Source: Tubulanus polymorphus (taxonomy: Eukaryota > Animalia > Nemertea). Taken from it: a stretch of 64,000 nt of DNA. The stretch is taken from NCBI RefSeq assembly GCF_964204645.1, contig NC_134029.1, forward strand, positions 9,822,850 to 9,886,849, read 5' to 3'. Positions 38,501 through 50,600 of the stretch are shown here, in pieces; the first letter of the stretch is position 1; each line of letters opens with the position of its first letter. The position numbers were made by a program, and so were the translations under genes. The notes below the pieces were generated by a model. It saw nothing but the letters and a program-made list of their open reading frames with translations. It was not told the origin of the DNA and made no database searches.

Positions 38501-40645
38501 TGAATGTAACATCGTAGGTCACTTCAAAAACGAATAGTTGGTGAATGATGTCAAAAGCCTTGAAAAGTGACACAGTTAAAGGAAGTATTTTGGTCAGTTT
38601 GAAACGCTAGGTGTATGTATGAATAATTGCTATGGATTTCGGGAAATAGTCACAATAGTAGGGAAGAGTTCTTGGGAACATGAGATACAAATCTGTCCGG
38701 AAAGTTCAAGCTACAACTCGTATGAAAATCGATTAATCAAACCGTAGAAATAAATTTCATAACATAAAACATTGTCGTCCTGGATTCGACCTATATAGAT
38801 AAATGCATGGTACGCTACCTACCATCCCCCAAATGCCCAATATCCAGAATAAAAAGCCATAGCCAACGATCCGGCGCTCAGATCACTACCTTCGAATGGC
38901 TGTTCAAGATTGTGTGTACGACCTGAAATAAATCAAAAAAGGGTTTTAGCTTCATTTAGATTGATCAATCAGCCCCGTTCTAAAGTAATATCATAGACAT
39001 GGAGTGAAAAGAGTAAAACCAGGAACAATGTTTCAATGCTGACATATCCAAGATTTAATTCTTAATTCCTTCACCGTAGCCCCACGTATTCTGTGTTTAA
39101 GTTAATTCCTTTTTGCTTGCATTTTTCTTTACCTTTTTACTAATTGACTCAGCATCGAAGCCAAAAATTTATACGCTCACCTTTTCCAATCCAGACTAAA
39201 CCTATGATGATTATACCGAACAGGGCTATCAGTTTACATGCGGTAAACACTACTTGTACCTTCGCCGCCCATTTTACGTTGAGGCAGTTCACAGCCGTCA
39301 GCAACACTAAAATAAACAGAGATCAGTCACATTCAAATACGAAACTAAGACATGAACAAATCTCGCAAAAGATAGGGAAAGTGTTCGTCCATCGACATAT
39401 GGATGATGATATTTGTAGAATGATCCAATGACTTGATTTTCACTTAGTTATGTTAACTGATTAGGGTTAATGAATAGGCAATAGTAACGGGATTTGCAAT
39501 ACAATCCCGGTCATTGGACAACGCACCGAACCATTCGCCTGGTAAGTATTCAGTGCTTGCTTGCTTGCTATGTTATTTTGTAGCTCATTTCGACGTCACA
39601 CGAACTGACAAATAGAAACTTCGAAGCTCTCCAGTTCCAGATCTAGCCAACCGATTTTAATGAACTTTAACGATGCGGAAGATAATATGTAATACTTTAA
39701 CAAACAAGAATATCTGGCATCATAAAAATGGCAAAAAAATTAACCCCCGCATGATAAAATTACAAACTGCTCATCTATTTAACAAAATCTCGCTATATTC
39801 GTCAATCGTGTTTAAATCTGGAGACAAGTTGAGCTACTTTCGGATCTAATGCTTATGGCCGATGACGTCATCAATTGAACGATGGCATAAACTCGCCATC
39901 GTGAGTTAAAAACCAATAAATATTTTCGAACTTTCGCTAAGAGTTCTATCACTGAAGATCGTCCTCATTCCATGATCAGAAATTGTCCTCTATTATTTAC
40001 TTCCAGCGACAACGGATTAAATCTTCTCGTATTTCAAGAATTAGTTTTGCTAATAGATAATGCGTTTCAACTGGCTAATGGCATCATGATATACACCGTA
40101 CACATGTTGTTATTTACGTGTAGGCCTACCCGTAACGAAATTATACTAATTTGATACATGTTTCTTTCTATGTTCTACTTACGAAATACGGTCGCCCCGA
40201 GTAGTCGAATGGCCATGTCGGGAGGGTCGCAGGTATCGTACAACGGACGGAGGATATAGGTGCCCAACGCCAAGGCAGATACCGACACCGGAGTCGGTGC
40301 GATTATTATTAGATTTAATATCAAACACATAAAGGCCGGGATGCGCCCTAAACCTTTCATTATGTATATATATTCGCCACCGGACCGGGTGATAGTCGTT
40401 CCGAGTTCGGCAAAACACAATGCGCTGAGAATGCTAATCAAGCCAGATATCATCCAGATTATGAGCGATAATCCAACGGATCTGGATCTTTGTAGCACGC
40501 CAACCGGGGTGACAAATATTCCACTGCCTATTATGATTCCAGTTATTATCGCTACTCCGTGCAATAGTGTTAAATTCCGTTTCATTTTTACCTCCGCTGT
40601 GGTTCCCGTAACGTTCGTTGCATCGTGCTTTGCTTTTGGGGCCAT
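35586..40645 (-). CDS. SLC7 L-type/heteromeric amino acid transporter light chain, copy B. Exons 40183-40645, 39181-39306, 38823-38922, 38333-38377, 38122-38245, 37248-37351, 36688-36784, 36462-36611, 36034-36211, 35586-35647
   Basis: Same motifs as copy A and identical exon lengths after exon 1 (126, 100, 45, 124, 104, 97, 150, 178, 62). One GC-AG intron. Confidence 0.95.
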
Positions 40646-43335
40646 TTTGCCCTGCTTGTTTCTCGCAGCACCGACGGTTGTTAAATGCTTAGTAATCCTT
40701 CATTGAACTTTGTTTCATTTCATCGAAATCTGTAAATTCAATATATAAACATACATGTATATATATGCCGTTGTCTACAATTAGTAGGTTATCTCACGTT
40801 TATATTGGCAGGGTTAGCATTGATATCAGACGTGTTTTCAAAGCACTCTTCTGATAATTAACTGATTCGCAGAACGACATTAGAATCATCATGAAACCAA
40901 TATTTTTAAACCCATTCTTTAAAACCCATTTTCATACTTGCACATACTCTTTTAACTTGATTTTAAAAGAGCCGATCAAAAACTTAAACTTCCATTGGAT
41001 CTTCATATTATGATACAATAATGACACGACAAATCTAAAATGCATCCTGGTTTCATGAATCTCTATATATCAAACAGGCCGTCATAACTTTAACACCATC
41101 TTCTATTGGGCTTCATTAGATATCATCACATCTTTTCCACTCTTTACCTATATATATATATATGAAATGTTATGCATGACCATCTGTTGTAAGTTCTCTT
41201 GAAAATAGACTGTATATGCCTGTGCTTTACAATTTCCTTTCTTTTTACATAACTTAACTATACGATGTGCATCTAGACTAAGCTTTGAAAAAAATTAAAT
41301 TGACTCCAGTATACATTTTCACACAGTCGTCAACGTTTTACTGACAATCAACCTCCCATTATAATCATATAAGGTTTACAGTGGACGTTGACTTTCCATC
41401 TACTTATAACACCCCTTGTGCGTTCCAACGGTTCTAGATCGCGCAAGGGAGATAAGAGATCTAAGCGAGGGAGATTTATTCATTCTTTGTTGGGGATTTT
41501 CCCAGAAAACAAAGTTTAAAAGGAAAGTGGACTAACGACCTTTTTCAAATGAAAACAAAGATACCAAAGAATGTGGTATTTTAACGGTGCTAAAGGGTGC
41601 AACTGCAAACTAGGCGAAAGCGATAATATTTCTTTTCAAACCATGAGCCAACCGCATGGAAGATCAGTCGGTCGATTGGTATCATAATTCTAAACTTTGC
41701 TCTTTCGACTCTTTCAAAAATAAAAAGGGTTTATATATTTTCAAAGCATTCAATGATTGCGTGAATGAGACTTATTGATTCTTTATATGAACTTACAAAA
41801 TAAGTTCTGGAACAGACAGACATTAGAAGGTTTCAAGTTTACGAAAAGTAAACACTATCAATATTGTATAATTCGGTCAATATTTCCTTGAAGTAGGAAT
41901 GTTTCTAATCTTACAACTTAAGCTTTGAGTCAGCAATGTTACGTTAATTCGATAGTTTTGCAACAAAGCGTTGCGAGCAAGTAAGTTACCTTATCGACAA
42001 CGCGCATAAAATGGACATGTGAAATAATCTAACAATTGTATAATCAAAGTGAAAATACGTCCACCGTGAAAAATATCAAGTATTGCCATGTGATTAGTGG
42101 CTGTAGTTTTATGTCAATAACAAAAACTCTGAACCAATTCCAAGCTGTAGAACACAAGATATGCTGAGATATCAACGACGCGTCCAGTGATATAACACGT
42201 TTCATTGCCGGTGCCGGACACTTCATCATCTGTGGTTCTATGTACTATGCCTACCAAATGCTCCTAAAACTAAAAAATGTACCGTAGAAGAAAGTATTTT
42301 ACGTCGGGTTGTTATAACAACATCAAATTCATTTTTCAATTAGATTAGATATTTTTTATTCGATGTTTTATCATCATCTCAATATCAGTAAATAATTTTG
42401 AGTTGAATTTTTTTTCCGCAGCTTCTGTTGAGTTATTATATCAAAATGAATCCAAAATTGATCGTTTTGATTCCAAATTCTAAATTCACCGCCTATCGGG
42501 AGATGTATCTATCAATTACAATTTTTCATTTGTCTGGTAAATCAAGGTAATTAAGGTATTGTCTGTAAATGTTTGTCTCAATTTGAATTCACTTTTGAAT
42601 AAGGTATTTATACGATCGTTGAGATATTATCTAAATGTGAAATTGGGTGTATAAGAATGATACCTTAAATAAAAATTGTTTTCATGTTGTGAAAATGGCT
42701 GTCGGACGTAACCCTATTTCCTTAGGGCCCAGTTTCACTAAAAGAATTAACTCCTGAATCGATTTAAGATACGTATTGAATCATTGAAGAAGACATTTAA
42801 ACGATATACATGAGTTAAAGCTTTTGGTTAAGCTGTACCTTGGATGCTTCCTATTTACCGTTCATAAACATAGGAATTGGTCAGATCCGTATGATGCTCC
42901 CTCACAAATAGACCTGCTTTAACCAGCATAACTTAATGCAGGGTATGGAGATTGATACACGCCGCAGTATTTGGAAAATGTCCGGCAAAATTCAACAAAT
43001 AAGGATACATCTAATGATCATTTTATTTTTTGTCAATTTCTATAAAAGATTTCACTACCCTGGAAAAAAAACATGGAATAAATTTAATCAAATGGCTATA
43101 TATGACCTAAATTCTTAATTCCTAATTCTTCCTAATTTCGTTACATACAATATTCTTTAAGTGATATTTACAAGTCCATGATATATAAATTTTTCAATAT
43201 TCTTGAAGTTTACAGTATAAAAGAAAATGGGTTTCGTCGACAATAACTTTACAGCGATGGCAGTTACGGATTGAATGAGCAATGCCAAGTCTCCTTCCTT
43301 TTTCAATGGAAAGATGATGACAGGACACTATTTTT

Positions 43336-43376
43336 CACACACACGCACGCACGCACGCACGCATGCACACACACAC
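43336..43376. repeat. Compound microsatellite (CA)n(CGCA)n(CA)n
   Basis: Read directly from the sequence. Confidence 0.85.
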
Positions 43377-44229
43377 GGAGTCGCTATTGACAATTACAAC
43401 GAATGTCTTTTAATTATAACCAATATGGTTCTAGCTAAAATTTTGATTTAACATTTCTGTTGAAGTTATAACGGCTGTGAGTTGGTCATCTAACATCATT
43501 GGTCCCTGAAATTCTGAATACAAGGAAAATCCTCCTTCATAAATCTACACACAATTCTAGTTGTTCTGGTTATATTTGGATAGTGTCTCATACACGATTA
43601 AGATTTCAGGCGGATAGTAGTTTTTAGATACAAGACACATAATCAAAGCAAGAGTGTCCGGCCGATGATTCATGAAAATATAACAAAAAAGATAAGGCAT
43701 CGAGTTTTTTTAAAACATTTTTCATGCAATTTAACCTATATTCAACAGAAGATGAAATTATTTCAATAAGTATTGGAAATTGGACGAGATCTCCAAGGAG
43801 AGGTAGTATATGTGATCTGTCAAATATGGGGTCCAAGCATAGGACGAAAGAATCGTTTAACTATTTTTTTGCATTGGATCAAGTTTGAAGATATCTCCGA
43901 TATTGTTTTTTGTCGTACGATTAGCTCCTTTTTTACATGTTTTGATGAACCATATGTAATTATAGGTTTGATGATGAATAATTGTGGTTGTTAGATAATA
44001 CCTAAATTTCTGAAGCCAGAAAGAAGATGTCTCCTGGAGCAAAGCAATTCAATAGAAATACTTCGTTGAAAGATTTGTTAAATTTTTACATTTCAAACTT
44101 TCTATATCATTAGGCCGTTTAGTGGTTTGAACGTCAGATTCGACGACTCAGCCCTAGAAAGTCAAGACATGTGTGCATTCTCATGGAGGAAATACACAGA
44201 GTTTGGTCCAAGTATTCACTTACGATAAG

Positions 44230-44596
44230 CAAAGTTTCATTTTACCTCCATAACTAATATCATCTTACACTCATAGATCACTTCGATCAGCTCAACATTA
44301 GACTTGCTGTTCATGTTCCTAAACGTTTGTGGCTCTATAGAGCAATTATTTTCAACAGTGCATAGGGCTTTTGTGTTTTATACACCAAGGGATTGTCCAT
44401 CAGTTCATTGTTCCAACTCCGAGCTTAAAACCTATCTTTTTAAATTGGCTTATTTTTAAACTATCCATGCCGATTGCGTGGTTTGTTCTATGCCTTTTAT
44501 TTTCTAATGTGATGTAACGCGCGTTCTACGCTATATTAGTAAATAAATCATTATTATTATCATCATTATAAGTATTACCATTATCATAATTATTAC
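44230..44596 (+). mobile_element. Decayed L2-type LINE 3' end
   Basis: Remnant translations RSLRSA and ELKTYLFKLAYF*, then gtaacgcgc...cgctatat...aataaa and an (ATT)n-like tail, as in L2 3' ends. Confidence 0.6.
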
Positions 44597-45350
44597 TTGT
44601 GAAACATGTAAAGTGATATGTGAAAGTAGAGGTATTATTGTCTATAACGCGTTCGTCGTCCGTTGGTCAACTGACTGACATCTTTTGCCGCGTAGAACGT
44701 TAAACAGTTCTTGATTTAACTTTCGACTCTATAACTGTGTCAAATTAGTTCATTTTCAATTAGTTAACTCTATAATAAGAGTTAAATTTTAAGTTATAAC
44801 TGTGGAACTGCTTCTGCTAGTTTACAAATTTTCATTAGTAAAGAACAGAACACGCCGCATAAATGATTTATAAAAAAAGAGAGAACAAAAAAACGATCAA
44901 AAAAATGAATCATTGATAAAAGGGGGGCTATGAAATATAAATTTCAACTGTAAAATGGATTATTGACGAGACTGACGCAAAATGGAGCTTCACACTGTTG
45001 CGCATGAGTTGCCGGTGCCCTTTTGGCCCTTGGCATGCTGGCAAACATAAGTTAGTAGCGCTTGACCTTCCATAACCCTCATTGCACCCTAATCCCCGCT
45101 CTGTTTGTAATCAATCCATTTAAAACATACAAAATAGCGCATTGTATTGAGTTAGCCTACGTCATAATAAAAACAGTACAGGAACGTGGTCATTGTGTGT
45201 GACAAACTATACACGGCATGCATAGACACATTGTCATTAATAATAATAACAACAAACGCGTATATCCATACTATAGTCGGAGTAAAGCGCTGTCTGGACA
45301 TAACACTGCTAGAAGTCTGTTTTAGATTGATTTTAAGTAATCAAGTAATC

Positions 45351-46260
45351 ATGGTTGAATGTAAGTATTGATTTCGCTAGTTTTGTAAACGTGTTTTTTA
45401 AAATCATTTCCTTTTTACGTCTGTCCGATATCACCAACGGATAATTGATGGAATATGAATTAGGAAAAATTGAACACAATTCCAGGCACAGCTCAGAATT
45501 TGGAACTAGTTCCTGGACAGTAATTCCAACGAAAATTTTTCACCTAAAAGCAATTTGGAGTCAACCCGAACAGCGGAACTGGGTGGCGTTCCTGAGTGTT
45601 TTAGTTTTTGCTTTACCCGGTGGTTCAATTTCAAAATAAACAAATACACATCAATTGCTCGACTTCGTGTAGGTTACTTGTCGCTTACTTGAAATGAAAA
45701 TCTTAGTTTTCTCAAATTATAGGTTCATGAGTTCACTTGTTACGTCATCTCGGTAATAAGGAGGACCCAACTTGTTCGCTATAATTGATTCTAGTATAGT
45801 GATAGATACTAATACGTTTGAGTTCTATTTTTTAGCCGCGAATTTAGACCAAAATAGAAATTTAATCGACATGCTCAATCGACCAGTTTCCTCTCGGCCT
45901 CAATCGGCTATGTCGCGTAGGAATGGATTGGCAAATATATACACTGACATTGGACGAACAGCAGCCGAAATGCTGTACAAAACTGCTACCGACAACACAG
46001 GTCAGAAAAACCGCTCGAATTTAGCAAATCTGGCCAAAGCTTGGCGCCGCAATATGGTGCAACCAGCTGATGAGGTGATGGACAAACCGAGCTCACCGCT
46101 CCTGTCGAGGTTGGTGAACCGGCGAAGCGCAACGCCGGACCTATCGTTTGAATGGGAGTGGGAAGTGGCGTCTCAGTGCAGTCGATACAGTACGAGACGA
46201 AACGCGATCGGAAACGTACTTGGCGATTTAGACAAAGAAAACAAAGTACAATCGGATTGA
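45351..46260 (+). CDS. Small orphan protein of about 144 aa with PKI-like RRNA motifs. Exons 45351-45360 and 45836-46260
   Basis: ATG GTT GAA T|gtaagt joins in phase to ttttttag|CC GCG. The exon is open for 425 nt and locally GC-richer than its flanks. It contains RRNGL, RRNMV, RRSAT and TRRNAI. An alternative start is ATG 45871. Confidence 0.7.
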
Positions 46261-47627
46261 AAGAAACATCGTCGACCTCTCCGGCATCGACACGCTATGT
46301 AATATTTAGATACGGCATTCAACCAGTCAGCTTTTTTCCGGTGTATGAAATCGAGAGATCAAAGAAACACATATACATAATAATGAATAGGGTTCAATAG
46401 TTGTTCATTTTGAAATCTATGCCGTTGCACAACTGTATGCATTGTATATTCTTATATACATATATATAAGAAATTGAAATTCTAGATTTCATTCGTGGTG
46501 GCGAAGAGCCCTCGAGAGCGAGGAAGAGTGCTTCCATTATTTTGCGTAGCCAATTTCCATGGTTCGCTTCCGATTGTCTTTGTGATTATATGTTTGCATT
46601 GGATATTCATACGTTGTGCTTATATGAGTTCGATGAAAGTTTACCGCTTATCGGTTATACTTTCTGAAATAATAGTTTGTTCGTCTGCGTTGAAAGAAGA
46701 GAAAAACAGGTTGTGGACGGTTATCAAACAAATGAATGAAAATCCAATCGTTCTTGTTGAAGCTATTAATTGGCAAATGATTCTACACACAATGGGTTCC
46801 ACGTTTAACCGTCTATATGGACTTCGCTGAACATTGTACAAACTCAGAGCTGATTTACAGATTAGACGAAAAATTTCCCCGAAATTAGAACCAGTTAAAA
46901 TGAAAGTAAATTGTCAACCTATTTTTCAAGTGTATCATATTCATTATTAGTTAGCGTAAGATTACGAATTCAAATTGACACTGCTTGTAACGATATCAAA
47001 CGAACGTGATTTTAAAATGTCGATACAATTTGTGTATTTGTTCTTGAAATCGTGTGGGTTGTTAAATGTTAGATTTTAAAAAGCCGATGTACAAATTGAT
47101 TAAAAGGTTCAATTCATTATGGATTTTAAAGGTTATTGTTTCTTAATTTTTATTTTTTAATCTTAAACTTCTGTATAGTGGGCTCTTAATCATATATTCA
47201 TCCCGTCCAATTGTGGCGTCCAACTAGTTAAATATATTTAGATAGATGAATAAAGAACATAAATGCTGAATGATGTAGTTCATTTCATATCTGTCGTATA
47301 GCTCGAAAAAATGTATCATTATCAAATCAACTTTCGAAAGATGACAACGCACACATTTCTAAAACGCCTCGCTAAGAAATATCAAGAAAGAAAAATTAAA
47401 AGATATATCAAAGAATAATGTACACCATGATGCGATAGTGCTTCGCAATATCAAAAGGCTACGCACTTTCCAGCAAATTTGTACGAAGCCGAGTGGCGCT
47501 GTGCGAGTATCTTAACCCGTCCGCCCGCACAACTGCGCGTAATAACAATATTCTCTCATGGGAGATCGCAACGCAGCAGTCGCACCGCACTGGTTCTATA
47601 ACTTCTCGAGTTGCGGCGGAAACTAAC

Positions 47628-50600
47628 ATGAAGAATAAAAGCAAATTTAATGCGATTCTACACATCAAAATACTTTACGGAACGGCTATCTTATTGTTGA
47701 TTTTTGTATCGTGCGGTTTTTGGATAACGTTCACGGAATTGCAGCGTTTACGTAACGATGTCGACCACATCATGGCTAAGTACGCGCAAGACGATAACTA
47801 CGTAACGTTTAATACTACGGTACCGCCAGAGCAGAGGATTTTGCATCCGTATCGAGGGGGGACGAAATCTACCGATAACAATGAAGACAACAGTCACACA
47901 GACGAGCATAAAGCAAATCGACGTGTAAAACGACGGTCAAATCGGGATTCGAACTCACGATTCTCAGAAAAAACGCCTGCGGACAACGATTGGATGTGGA
48001 TGAGTTCATATTCACGAATACCGGTAAGTTGAAAATCAGGCAAGACCTTTAAGTACGATAGATACTTTTGAATATATCTCAAACTTTTAAAGCTGACTTT
48101 TGTTTGAAAAACCCTCAGAATAATTGATAAATAACAGATTACAGTTGCGAGGGAAATGGATTTTAATTTTGCAAAAGGGTGTGTTTGTTTACCGAGACAA
48201 TTATTCGTTACATACGAAAGACAGAATCTATTGATTTTGTTTGGAAATTTGTCTAACGGTGGTTGATACTAATCGCGATAGTGCGGACTTAAAAGTTTGT
48301 CAATAACATCTCGCCGAGAAACGGAGTAAATTCTAGAAATCGGTAGCGCAATTAGATCAAGGGCTTCTAAAAACGGGTGCAATGGCGCTTAAGAAAGCGA
48401 AGCTAAATCGAATTGAAGTACATGTATTCACTTGAAGTTATACCCCGTTGAAAAGCAAACTAAACTATCGCACTGTTTTCTCCGTGATCTACGCTCTCGG
48501 GACTTCTAGTGTCACTGCACACCGACTTTATTTTTATTTATTTATCCATTTATTATAGTGACATGTGCATCGTGTATGAATATGAATAGAACATATAGAT
48601 ATAGTACCCAGCCCAATATTATTACTAGAACATTATCAGTTACGTTTAGATCAAAATATGTTCTAGACGTTTGTGATAATCGCAACTATACACGTACCAG
48701 ATAGAATTCACAAATTCATGCTCAAATATTAGATGGGGTTATGATAAATGTTCACACTCAGCCCTGGTCAGTGCCATATGTCTGATGTCTGAGTGTGAAC
48801 ATATATAGTTGAAATCCATTTTATACGTATCATCTTTCATTGATTGCGCATGGCGGATTTCAACTTTCCTCGGTTTTCATCGTTTGCTTGAAAGCTATCT
48901 GTTTTTTTTAAACTAAGTGGACGGAACGAAAGGTTCGAGAAAACATTTAAGATGATTGAAACGCTCGTAATTGGCATCCAGCCATAAACAGTTGCAAAAC
49001 AAACATCCGCGTGTAAAACTGCAAACGCGTTCTCGCACGCACGTGTTCAATGATCGTTAATACGAAGCAAAGAACTTTCAAATAATTTCAAAACAACCAA
49101 TGTCCTCATTTCGTCGAGTGAAAAAATGTTTAGACCCGATACAAAGGTAAAAGCTTTATAATTTCATAGAATCAAATAAGCACCGCGTATCATATTGAAG
49201 CTATCAGTGCGTATGCAATCCCATCTGTCTGTACATCAACGATCGGGATAATACGCACGAAACGTAAAAAAAAGAAAACCACGCGTGTAACGCTGTTCGA
49301 ACTTAGCTGAATCGATGAACCACTAGATAACTGAATCGCAGAATTTCAAGATGATGATCAGGATTTTCCAATTTAACTCATTTTGTAAAAATATCTTTAA
49401 AAAACAACATACTTTTATATCAGAGGCACCATTTGACGAATTAAGCTCAGTTAGAGCATGATTAACGTTAACATTGAATTTGAATTTGGAAGCGGATCAA
49501 TGCGGACTAGGACCAATAAAAGTACCGACGCCGATACGGTATACAGAGAATCTTTTCCACAACGAAGTAAACAGTTGTAAATATCAGTTTCGATTCTATG
49601 TTTATGGTTACTGAAACATAGTTTGGCAAATTCATAAATAGAATCTTTAATGATATAGGTCGTCAATCGGAATTGGTAAATTTGGGGAAGTATATCCAAT
49701 CAAGATTTGAATATTTGATTGATGGGAATATTTGATTATATATGATTTGATGCTTGAAGTTATATTTGTACAGTACGGTTTTTGTCTCATGCACATGTAA
49801 ATATTTTTGTCCAGTAAATATTTTGCAATTCTGGTATTGAATATGTATTGTATATATTGTTCTGTTTTTCTAGTGATTCATTGTTCATTGACGATCATGA
49901 CATTTGATTATGATGAATAAACTAACTTGCAACTTGTAACTTGACCCGAACGCCGAAGGCCGTGACCGTTGTCCAACTGGAATTTTCTCTATTATCATAC
50001 GAAATTTCTTATTGCGATCACAAATTTGAAAGATTTCTTTAGGCTATATGTAAAATTCACATGGATTCAGCGTATTTTACAAAATAAATCTATGATTCTT
50101 CGAAATCAATCGATTCAGTAGTTCAGTGATCCATCGATTCAGTGAAGTTCGAACACCCCGTGTGAAAAGAATATAATCTGTTATTATGTATATGGCCTAC
50201 ACATATTCAAAGGTTGTCCTTTCAGGATTAATTACTGATGCAAGGCAATCATTTTCCTACAATTAATATCTCCTATGAATAGACATAGGCCCACACTACG
50301 TTCTAGGCTCACTCGGTGAATTCACGACCATAATTAATTACTTGACCGGCGAATCTTACGTGACGCAAAGATATGAGTATAACGTTTTTTCAATATAAGG
50401 TGTGGCGCAAAGACGCACTCGCGTTTGCAAATCGTACTGAATGCCGAGTGACAATGCAAAAAGTAGAAACATACATTTCAGCGGCGATACGGAGGAAAAC
50501 GCACCAACAATGATGAATTGATAAATGTTGTTGAATAAGGAAAAATTCGCAAGATAAGGGAGCAAGTGTTCCACAAGAGATCTTGTAATGAAAACGGACC

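Noticed and set aside
32967-40706. Similar plus-strand ORFs 32967-33368 and 40260-40706
   Set aside because: They are antisense shadows of the homologous SLC7 first exons.
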